A stretch of 64,000 nt of DNA from assembly GCA_964247055.1 (NCBI GenBank), contig OZ176053.1, positions 682,001 through 746,000 on the forward strand, given 5' to 3'. Positions 12,489 to 23,300 of the stretch are shown one piece after another (the stretch's first letter is position 1; the number at the start of each line of letters is the position of its first letter). The stretch comes from Paragordius varius. Taxonomy: Eukaryota > Animalia > Nematomorpha. A program made the translations under genes and the position numbers. The notes beneath the pieces were generated by a model, which saw nothing but the letters and a program-made list of their open reading frames with translations, made no database searches and was not told the origin of the DNA.

Positions 12489-13588
12489 CTATAAATCGCA
12501 AATTAGATTTATATTATTTCGATAAGTTTTTTCGAAGGGTTTTAGAAGTTGATATCCCTTTTCGCCTCTTTGATCTGTTAAGGCGTGTTTGGGAAACACA
12601 CACAGATGGGAATCCACCATGTGAAGCTTTAGACTCATGTGGCATCCTATGTTTTTGGATAAAAAAGAATATAAATGATTAAATAACATGTGTATTATAA
12701 CATACATACCCATCCTATAGAAAGAGTCGATTAAACAATCGTCTAATTCCAGGTAATTGTTATTTTTTAAATTTCCCAAAAATATTGAGGAAAAGTTCGC
12801 AATGCAACCCATTCCGTTTTGTCTTTGGGTTGCATTTTAGATACAAGCATTACATCATTCAAAAGACTCATAACCTAAAATTAAATGTATAATACCTGCG
12901 GCCCTATCAAAACTGCGACGTTAATTTTGGAGGGCGTTATCCTGAACTTCCTGAAATAATGGGCCCAAGCTTCGCCACTGCATAAAAATGTTTTGGCTAA
13001 TCCAAGCAGCGTGTACAATGGCCGCAAAACAAAGTTGTTAGTCGATATTAATTGAGAAAATATCTGATTGAGCCAAACTTCATAAGTTCTCAAGGGCCTT
13101 TTTTTGTATAGTGTTTCTCCATGTCACGCCCACTCACACAGGGGGCAAAAATTCAAAAACCCTTTTTGTATACCGAAAAGCAATCCCATGACCTATAAAA
13201 AATATTAAAATTTCTAAAACTTTATAATTCCCTGTAACATGCCAATAATGATAGCAGTATTGAAGGAGTTCGAAAATGTTTTTGAACATCGCATAGGCCT
13301 CCCTATAAACACGGCTATAAGCGATTAAAATTGGCTTGTGTCCGGCACGGTCTATTAAAAAACCTTTCAAACTTTCCCAAAGATTTTAAATATTGTATAC
13401 CTGAGAAACGTCCAGAAACAATACCCACTGTGATGTATCATATTCGTAACTCATTTCCTTCATGAGACCAATTATATTATGACACCAAGATATAGGACTA
13501 TTTTCGGAAAAATATTTGCGAAAATTAATTCCTCTACTCTTAAAGCTAGTTATGCATCTGTTCCGCAGCATAAGTTCCGATGACTTAA

Positions 13589-13590
<2 letters not shown>
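12489..13590 (-). pseudogene. C-terminal catalytic half of Chapaev3-like transposase, in opposite orientation
   Basis: QWVLFLDVS (cf. EWRLFIDSS), WHVTGNYKV (cf. WxICGDLKV), LRPLYTLLGLAK (cf. LPPLHIKLGLMK), VLIGPQV (cf. IFVGPQI), MSLKLHMVDSHL..DQRGEKGYQ (cf. MSLKIHFLHSHL..SDEQGERFHQ). Confidence 0.8.

Positions 13591-13592
<2 letters not shown>

Positions 13593-13635
<43 letters not shown>
13593..13635. repeat. (AT)n microsatellite, about 21 units
   Basis: Direct reading of the sequence. Confidence 0.95.
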
Positions 13636-13637
<2 letters not shown>

Positions 13638-14007
13638 CGTTTTTTATATTTTCACCGAATTCCTCTATGAGTGCTTCCTACTAGAACGGTCCACAAACGC
13701 CCTTCTAAATTTTAAATAGTTTAGCCTAGATTTTTTGCTGTGAGATACAGTTATTTTACCCGTGGATCATCCAATTTATAAATAAAAAATTATTTTGTTA
13801 GGATTATATTATAAGGCATAAAATTTAGTATTGTTGAACATGAATATGGAAAATATCTAAAAAATAACAGTTGGAATTAGGAGTTTAGTGTTTACAGCTG
13901 AGAAATATTTGGCTTTTTTACATAAAAAAACAGCAAAAAAGGTGCAAAAATTAAATTTATCTTTAATAAAATACACAAAGCTATTACACAATGATATTTA
14001 TATTTAA

Positions 14008-14566
14008 CACTTTGAAATGCGGTATCTAAATACCCCAGACTAAATTTAAGTTAATATTTTTAAAAAACTACTGAAGGAAACGGTACTTTAAATTTATGCT
14101 TCTATCCTAATAAAAATTATATAAAAAAGCTAAAATATCTCAATAACATTTCGTTTTGAAAAAAAAGTTCCATGTCAAACTACATCGACGCCATTTTTAT
14201 TTTACAAATTTGCAAAATATCGTGTTCATTTAAATTTAAAGGTAAAATCAAAGCTAATTTTTTTATTTAAATCACATCCAACATTGATAGAAATTGAAAG
14301 TGGTTTATTTTGCATTATTTTTCAATTTAGCCAATGCACACACAGGTAGACTAAATTTTTACCTTTCAGTTTTATGTTAAAATAAGTAAAATATTATTGA
14401 ATTTAATTTTTGATATATTCCGATTTTTCAATGTTATATAATGCAAAATTTTGCCATGGTTTCGATTCCTTCCATATTTTTTAAAGTATTTTATTTTAAA
14501 TAGGCCTCGGGTATCCAACTACCCGAATTTGAATCGAAGGACTGAAATGAATTTGGTATCCAAGTT
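14008..14566 (-). mobile_element. piggyBac-type MITE copy, reverse orientation, inside the right TIR of the Chapaev3 element
   Basis: Same family, TTAA flanks. The left TIR (~9590-9630) shows the empty site. Confidence 0.8.
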
Positions 14567-15718
14567 TTAAACAAACAGTATTAACATCCAAGAACATAAA
14601 ATAAAGGTTGTTTTAATTTAATAAGATGATAAAAAATATTTGTGTCAAAAAATGTTAAGTAACCTAATTTTTGAGGGTTTTTGACCCTAGAGCAAAAGGT
14701 ATTGAATATTATAATTAATTTTTTTATAATTATATAAGCCAGAAATATTCTTTGTTTATCTAACTAAAAATATTTACAAACGAGAAAATTTTGGATATGT
14801 CCAAATTTGGAAAAAGTTCCATATCTCGAAAACGAGCTGGGTAAAATTTTTTCTATACAAATCTAATCACAATACCATATGGAATCAGAAAATATTAAAA
14901 AATTAAGATCCAGAAAAGGTTGTTTCACAGTGTAATTGTTATTATAGAAGCATGAATTATAATTGGAGCCGTTTCTTTAGTAGTGGCTTGAAAATATAAA
15001 CTTTAATATTGTCAGAGTATTTAGATAGCCCAATTCGAATCGAAGTTTTAAGAAAACTTTAAGCGCATATTTTGCGATTTTTAGAAATGAAACAGATGAA
15101 TATTTTTATCGACTCAGATTTGTGATTAATTTCGTTCACTTAAAATTCAAGGTTTTCATATGCACTTAATATTTAAAATTTATAGAAATATCTTTTAATT
15201 AAAATTTTGTGATGCTAGCGGCGTTAAAATATGAAAAAAATATAAATACATTTTACAATGTTTCTAGATTTTACACAATTTTGCTTTTAACAATGTAGGC
15301 TTAAATCATTAATGTCATAATCTGGCACAATATAATTCTCGTTGGCGTAAAGGAAATTGGTCCATTTTTGGATGCGCAAAAATTTATTTACGGGACTCAC
15401 AAACATTAATTTTACATTTAAAATTAAACTTTCCTTACATATAACAATGTACTAGTTTTGGCTAACTTTACCTTTTTGAATTTTATGATATGGTATAAAC
15501 GCAAACTTTACTAAAAATTGAATATGAAAAATAAAAATAAAATTTTTTAATTTATTTGTTCAGTGGTGCATGGAGGACGAACACATAAAATCTGATGGTA
15601 AATTTCATATGTTTATAAATATACTTTTTTGAGCAACCAAATGTAATTATATATCTAAAAATATCTCCAATATATATGTTTTATATAATTTGAGTTAATT
15701 TTCTAAACCAATAATTGC

Positions 15719-18574
15719 ATGGAATTTAATAAAGTTCAGTATTTTTATGGGAATATAAATGAGAAGCCCGAAATCAGAAAACAACACTCCTCTAACGAAA
15801 ATTACACAGATAATTGCAATGTCCTACAAAATGCTATAAGCGCTCTTGAAAATGAAATAAATCAAATTTCTAAAACTAATTATCCCAATGATAACACATT
15901 CCCTAAATATAATACTGCTCAAAACGCAGCAGCCAACGGATCTCCTCATAAATTTGAACATTCTCTCACATCAAACGGACATATTATTGATGAAGAACAT
16001 TTCGGCAATTCTCGTAGCTCAAATTATTCTGGAACTACACCAATTTCAAGTAATCATTATGATTCGACTAACGCTAATATCAACAACAATGATAATTACG
16101 AAGTTATAACATATTTTAATGATATATATTTGCCATCCCAAGAGGAAGAAGACGAGGATAGTAATGAATTGGAACATGGTTCAAATCCTAATTCAAGCAA
16201 AAATTCCTCGCCCATAAAACATAATGGCACATCTGTACTCGCGTCTCCTCAACAATCTCTGCTCTCTATCATTGCTCAAAAGTATACGCAAAATTATCCC
16301 TACGCCAAAGCGGATGGCAAACAAGCAATAGCTGTTCCCTCATCAACGAATGATATCAATAATAATGAGACATATACTCCTTATAGTTCAAATGCTCATA
16401 ATACCAACGCTAGAGCAACATCAACAACATTATTACTCAATCAATCAAATCATCGTTCTTTGATGAACGATCAATATATTTCTCAAGATAATGCATCACT
16501 TAATGATTACAAAAACACGAATACCAATTATAAAATTATGCAGAGTAGCAATAATAATAATATTATTTATGAACCTGCGCATTTGCCGTACTCGAGCAAA
16601 GCGACGAAGAACGAACAACCTACAATTGAAACGAAACTAATAAATTATGGAAATTTAACCAATGATGCTTCTCAGTATTCCAACAATGCTAATTCAGCAG
16701 TTAACAAAATAATTTCTTCAAATGAGAATAACACACCTAATTATTATATCGCGCGTGCCTCATATCAAGTATCGTCTGCACCTAATTATCATTCACTTGT
16801 TTCTAGCAACAGCAACAATAGTAAGAATAATAATAATATATATTATGCAGACGATCGTATTTTACAAGAAGAAGGAAACAACCATTTTGTATTAAACAGC
16901 AAAAATGTAAATAATTATATTAAAAATGTTGATAGAAACAGTGCTGCGCTTTTTAAAGATCATCATCATACGGCGACAAACGGGAAAATAAACAATGTGA
17001 ATACATCATTTTTATCGCATAATCGGAGTTCAGCAAGCAAAGGCAATGTATCAGAGATTTCATCTCTTTGTGAATTCGATAGCGATGGAGAAGAATTGCA
17101 AGAATCATTAAATGATCAAAGTAAAGATAACAACCTCTCTAAATTCAATGGTGGCATAGTTCGGCAATCGGAAGTTTGTGAACCCATTACTAAGGTTTCG
17201 AATGTTCAAAATCAACATTTAAAAAATGATCTCGAATCATTTTTGCAAATACCTGATCCAAAAAAAGTTGATAAGTACGGTTTTTTTGGAGGCGCTCAAT
17301 ATTTGTTAAATGAGCATAATTCTATTGACACTGACCACACTTCGAATGCCATGATCACAAGCGAGGAAATCGGTGATGATGAAAAAGGCACACTTAAGGC
17401 AGATATTCAACCTTCATACTCACCTCAAAATCAAATGGCTAAATATAAATCTCCTCACAGTAAACCCGAAGTTGATAAAAAGCGTGTTAAAGAACTTGGG
17501 AAACTAAGAAACAGAGAAAAGAAATGGAAAGGCATGTTGGACCATTGGGAAAAATATGTTAAGCATCGCCCCGAAAAAATTAGGGATCGGTGCAGAAAAG
17601 GTATTCCACCCTCTTTAAGAGGTTTGGCTTGGCAGTTTTTATGTGGCGTACCTGCACTTCGAGGTCGAAATACCGAATTATTTCGATTGCTGGCTTCAGA
17701 AGATCAGAAAGGCGATCCGCTTGTAATCGATGAAATTAGGAGAGATTTACACCGACAATTTCCGTACCACGAAATGTTTGCTCAGCCCAATGGCACGGGA
17801 CAGCGAGATTTGTTCGCTGTTTTGAAAGTTTACTCCTTGATGCGCCCAAAAGATGGATATTGTCAAGCTCAAGCACCTCTAGCAGCAGTTTTGTTAATGC
17901 AAATGCCAGCGGAACCAGCATTTTGGTGTTTACTTTCTATATGTGACAACTACTTACCTGGTTACTTTGGGCACGGGTTGGAAGCGTTACAGCTTGATGG
18001 GCAATTGTTTTATGGCTTGTTGAAAAGACAACTTCCAGCCGTTTATAGATTGATTAAAAAGCAAGGTATTCAACCTTCGTTGTGCTTGACGGAATGGTTT
18101 ATGTGCGTTTATAGTCGAACCCTTTCATGGCCTTGTGTTCTGCGAATATGGGATTTATTTTTGTCCGAAGGAATTACTACTCTGTATAAAGTTGGCTTGG
18201 TCCTATTCAAATTGGCTTTTTACGGGAAAGATGGGACCGGAGAAAAGGGTACGACGACCAATCAATCAAAAAAGTTAAACAAAAGTAGACCATCAACTTC
18301 AAATGAGAGTCCCACCATGGCACTTCATGCTTACTCGAACGAGACATCATCCAACCACAGCATTTTCGGTAGTCTTCCATTACTTCATTTTGGTTCTTCC
18401 TCGCTGGCCACGCGATTTCCTTCCATGTATGAGAGTATGGGGGCCTTGCAAGCCCTTAAATCCAAAACTATTGATGAGGATTATCTCATTGCTGAAGTAC
18501 TCAAAATAAAAATCTCAAAAGAATTGATTGAACGAGAACGACAGACTCAGTTGCAAAAACAAAAAATTACATAG
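15719..18574 (+). CDS. TBC1D10: TBC1 domain Rab-GAP, TBC1D10/EPI64 family, 951 aa, intronless
   Basis: DKYGF, REKKW..ML..W, RCRKGIPPSLRGLAWQFL, IRRDLHRQFPYHEMF (IxxDxxR arginine finger), GYCQAQAPLAAVLLM (YxQ glutamine finger), LTEWFMC..RTLSWPCVLRIWDLF. Long Asn/Ser-rich N-terminus. Confidence 0.93.
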   Translation: MEFNKVQYFYGNINEKPEIRKQHSSNENYTDNCNVLQNAISALENEINQISKTNYPNDNTFPKYNTAQNAAANGSPHKFEHSLTSNGHIIDEEHFGNSRSSNYSGTTPISSNHYDSTNANINNNDNYEVITYFNDIYLPSQEEEDEDSNELEHGSNPNSSKNSSPIKHNGTSVLASPQQSLLSIIAQKYTQNYPYAKADGKQAIAVPSSTNDINNNETYTPYSSNAHNTNARATSTTLLLNQSNHRSLMNDQYISQDNASLNDYKNTNTNYKIMQSSNNNNIIYEPAHLPYSSKATKNEQPTIETKLINYGNLTNDASQYSNNANSAVNKIISSNENNTPNYYIARASYQVSSAPNYHSLVSSNSNNSKNNNNIYYADDRILQEEGNNHFVLNSKNVNNYIKNVDRNSAALFKDHHHTATNGKINNVNTSFLSHNRSSASKGNVSEISSLCEFDSDGEELQESLNDQSKDNNLSKFNGGIVRQSEVCEPITKVSNVQNQHLKNDLESFLQIPDPKKVDKYGFFGGAQYLLNEHNSIDTDHTSNAMITSEEIGDDEKGTLKADIQPSYSPQNQMAKYKSPHSKPEVDKKRVKELGKLRNREKKWKGMLDHWEKYVKHRPEKIRDRCRKGIPPSLRGLAWQFLCGVPALRGRNTELFRLLASEDQKGDPLVIDEIRRDLHRQFPYHEMFAQPNGTGQRDLFAVLKVYSLMRPKDGYCQAQAPLAAVLLMQMPAEPAFWCLLSICDNYLPGYFGHGLEALQLDGQLFYGLLKRQLPAVYRLIKKQGIQPSLCLTEWFMCVYSRTLSWPCVLRIWDLFLSEGITTLYKVGLVLFKLAFYGKDGTGEKGTTTNQSKKLNKSRPSTSNESPTMALHAYSNETSSNHSIFGSLPLLHFGSSSLATRFPSMYESMGALQALKSKTIDEDYLIAEVLKIKISKELIERERQTQLQKQKIT

Positions 18575-20318
18575 GATATCTCTATCGTTTATTACATGTA
18601 TATCTCATTCATTGAATAGCATAGGAAGAGATACCTACAAACATATATATAAATTCCAATAACAACCGAATCGAAAAAAGGACCAAATGTTACTTTAAAG
18701 TTTTAAAAAGCCACCGACCAATTTAAAAACGCCTAAATATAACAAATTTCGATTATATGATGTTAAATTACCAGTTAATATAATACATCTAATTTCGACG
18801 TTTATATCTTATAAAGCCAAAATTAATACAGTGTTTCAAAAAGAGCCATTTTATAATATGACATATTCAAAAAGCATCATTATATTATTTATATTTTATA
18901 TTATTACCAATTTTGTTGTTTGAAAATATATTGGCATTAAATTGTTTAAATATTATTCATACAATATATATTTGATTAATCATTACATATACACTTATAA
19001 ATATATATTGAATATATAGTAGTTTTTATAATAGATAAAAACTTGTTGGCAATCGACTTGACAGGCTAAAAATGATAATTTTATCAAAAAATTGATCTTT
19101 CAACTCTTTTTTTCTCTTCTAAACTCTCTTGAGATTTATATTAATATTTTATCTTTATCAGGTCATAACATTTTTAATTACTCAATTATTATTGTGGAAA
19201 TTGATTGATAATTGATCCTACAACTAAAAAATTGGAAAGGCTCTGGATTTTTAATTAATAAATTTATTTTAAGCTTAAAATTACGGAATAATTTAAAATT
19301 TTATTACTTAAAGACTTTTTTCATTTTCCAAGGGGTCGAACTTGACTTAAGGAATTACCTACCTATCCTAAGGTTGATCGCAAAACTATATGGAAAGTGT
19401 TTTGAGGATTTTTATATAATTTTAAAGGTACAGGGATTAATCTTCTATGATTTATTATACTATTAAGCCGGTATTATATTCAACAAATAAAATTTCAATT
19501 GAAATAACCCAATTTTTACGGAGCGATTCTGGAGCCCCACTGTTCCAAATAGTTATTTTTTGTTTGTTTAAATCTTTTTAATATACTGTCATTTTATTTT
19601 TATCTTACTCCTCAGTCAAAAAATATTAAAATCGTGATTTTCTAAAAAATGTGTTGAAACTCAACTGCATAGAACAAAAATAAGGGTACCAGATTTACAT
19701 CCAACTCTGAGGTGTGGGCATCTTATTTAATAACTTTCCTAAGGGTAGAAAATTGTAATTTTTTGTCAAATTTTTAAAAGTGCAAGGATATTAGTTTTAT
19801 TGAGTTTTTACTAAAAAGTTCCATTTTTTAGCTTACAAAATTATAGTAGTAAGTATATATTAGTTTTTCATTAATTATGGCCATTAGAGGGAAAATTTAT
19901 TGGGTTATAGTTATTTTTTTCGTTTTTTCCTGCTATTAGCCAATATTAATTCTTTATGCTACATATATACTATTTGGCCACAATACTTAATGAAAAATTT
20001 AATTACACTGTAAATCCGATTAAAATTGAATTGAAATTTATTTACAGTAATTATTGAAATTATACGGACAAACGAAATTATAAGTACAAATATATTGTAA
20101 AAGACAACCATTTAAATCGATATTTTTTTAAATATAAATGATTGTTTTAAATTGAATGTATAAATATAGAGATCTATATTAGATAACCATGGTAATTAAA
20201 TAGTTTATATAGGAAAAAATTAAGGTTTAGAAAAGTATGATTGTCTTTTGAAAATATTTGGCATAATATTTTTACGTTTTGTCCGTATATCATTTTTTCT
20301 TTACTGTATTTTTTTATT

Positions 20319-23300
20319 ATGAATATAATTTTAGAACAAAAACCAGATACTTTTGAAACTCGTGCTAAACCGCCTAAAACGGTTTCTTGGAAATCCGTCC
20401 ATTATTTTCTGTACTATGCACAGGCTTTGACTTCATGGGTTTTTTAACAATTATGTTTAATTACATTAAAATTGAAATCATAGAGGCAAAACGTAAAAAT
20501 AAGCATATTATTAAAAACCAACCATACTATTTTAAATTGCGTAAAATAAAGAATAGAGATGTAAATTGGTAACCACTCAATTATACATTACACAATTGTA
20601 TTATGGTTTAATTGGGAAAAATCAGAGATTAAAAATGGTTGTTTTTAAATAATGTCTTTTGGTTGTATATTTTAATTGTACTGTATACCAATTTTAGAAA
20701 CTGAAATAATATAGACAAAACATAAAAAGAAAAACAACCAACCATATTTTTGAACCTTGATAATTTATCGTTTGGTGGTGCAAAATAAGGAATAGAAACG
20801 TAAATTCCATGAATTATACATTGCGCATTTGTAATTATAGTTTATGTAGGAAAACTTAATGTTTAAAAAATAAAAATATTTGCCTTTTACTTTTTGTCTA
20901 CATAATTTTAAAAAAAAATTCAAAATCTAATTTTTATTTTATTAAAAAATGATTTTAGGGCAATCGTATGTGGAGATTTTGTGTGGGGATTTTTTTGATT
21001 CAACTTTCGCCCAATAATAATTTACGTTTAACGGCTCTGTATGGTTTTTTATCCAGCCTGGCCATTTTTGTGTTTGGTCCCGCCGTAGGAAAATGGATCG
21101 ATAAAAATGCCAGATTTAAAGGTATATCCAAACATATAAATTAGGTGATTTCTTATGATTAAAAAATGTTTTATCAGATTGATGACTTTTTTAAAATATT
21201 TGGAGCCAGTAATATACTTTGAGAAGATTTTACTATATTAAAAATAAAACTTTTTGACGAATCTCACTTAGTTTTAATAATTTTTTGAGCCTAAATTTAT
21301 GCCATAAGTCAAAGACAACCATAATTTTTATATGGGACGAATGATAAATTAGGTTCATCTGTGTTTTACAAAAATAATTTGTGATTAAAAAATCTTTTGC
21401 TAATAAAAAAATTTATTTAATTCATTGTCCCTGGTATTAATCGAATTTAGACGCTCAAAAGCAATATTAATTAATTATGCAAAATATTTAGATTTGTTCA
21501 AATATGTTTGATTTATATTTAAATATTGGTTTAAAATAAAATAATATTCACAACCAAGTTAACACGTATATATTAGTATTGGCCAAAAAAATTTGGTTTT
21601 TTATATTTGCAAAACACACTATCACATACATTTAAGGATAATACGACTTACAAAAGAAAATCGATATTACTAAAATGAAACACCAAAATAACATTTTTCT
21701 CAATATATTATATATATATATATATTTTAAGAAAAAACTTACGTATATCAAATTTACCTGACCCCAGTTTAATTACTTTTGTGATTTTATGAAATAAGGA
21801 GCATGCAAACACTTAAATTTTCATCGGATATTCGTATTAATTTAACAACATAAAAAGTTATAATTACTATGCCTCTCAATATTTTTCAATTAAAGGCATT
21901 TTTGTACTCAACAAAAAAATATTCTATGGATTAGAGCTTTTATTTTGGTTTATCTGTTTAAAAGTTAATTAAAATTTTAATTAAATAAATTATTGCTTCA
22001 AACTAAAATTTATAAAAGTGGTAAATTTTAGCTAATCCCCAAATATACTTTTTACAAAATAAATAATTTTGTTAGTATTTTGGGCCTAAATACTATAATC
22101 AACAATTTAGCCCCCATTCGTATTTATTTTTATAAGGCATTTGACACGCTCATTACAGTAAAACTGAAATTATACGGACAAAACGTAAAAATAAAGAGAC
22201 AAATGTTTTTTTAAAAAGACACTAACCATACTTTTTAAATAATGATTTATTTCAATATAACTTATTTTTTAATTGGCAAAGTGTGAAATAAAGATATATA
22301 TAACTAACACAATCAATTCTATATTTTACAATTGTAACTTAGCTTATATTCGAAAAAAAATTTAAAAAAGTATGGTGGTTGTATTTTAGTAAAATATTTG
22401 TCATTATACATTAACGTTTTGTACATAGTATAAGTTTAAATTTGACTGTATTTTTCATATCTGTTATACTTTATCGATAAAATATAATCTCCCAAATCAA
22501 TTGAACCCCAAAATTTAACACACTCTATGATTACATATACTGTAAAAATAAAGATTATTAAAACAAAACGTAGAAGCTAAAAAAAATAAAAAATTCAAAT
22601 TTATTATTCTATTCATCCCTTAAATGATTACGATTGTGAAATGTATAATTATGAGTATTACCAAACAACATTTCTTTTCTTTATTTCACCCAAAATGACA
22701 ATTAGGACATTCAAAAAAGGTCCAAATTAAGAAAAATAATTGTCTCCATGTTCTAACATTTTTATTTCAATTAAATATATTAATTATTTCAACATTTAAC
22801 ATAGTCGCAAAAATCGCCCTAATCACTCAAAATGGGCTAGTTACCTTGTGTGCCCTGGGATTTCTCGCCTCATTCCTCATTGCATCTTACAACAATAATA
22901 ATTACAATTACAATTCCATCCCAATCAAGCGACTCCTTTTATGTTTCATAATTTTAACGGCAGTTTTAGCTGATATTGCCGCCATGATTTCCCACATAAT
23001 CATGGATAAGGATTGGGTTGTGATCGTTGCTCAACAACATAAGCTCCAACTTTCAAGTTTGTGTTTTTGCTTCAACAACAGTATTAAAATCAAAAGAAAA
23101 ATTTATTGTAAAAATGTTTTAAGTTACATAAGTTCGTTAGGTTTAATAAAGGAATTTAACTGCAATATGATTTTAAAAAAAAATTCAATGTAAGTTTATC
23201 AAACATTTAATAGTTTCCATCGTGCTTTTTATAAAATTAAGGATATATTTATTCTGAATAATAGATCTCGTTATGAAATATAATTTTAACCTTACAGTAA

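Larger units (their letters stand above)
9257..14932. mobile_element. Chapaev3-like (CMC superfamily) DNA transposon, 5.7 kb, decayed
   Basis: Termini CACTGTGCAACA and TGTTTCACAGTG with 3-bp TSD TAA on both sides. Long imperfect TIRs (9257-~9965 vs ~13635-14932). Internal transposase remnants. Confidence 0.85.
8816..15047. mobile_element. Old piggyBac-type MITE copy split in two by the Chapaev3-like element (8816-9256 and 14933-15047)
   Basis: TTAA|CACTTGAATACAAC start. The consensus continues across the insertion (..TATATAA | TAATTG..TAGAAGCATG) and ends GAATCGAAGTT|TTAA. Confidence 0.75.
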
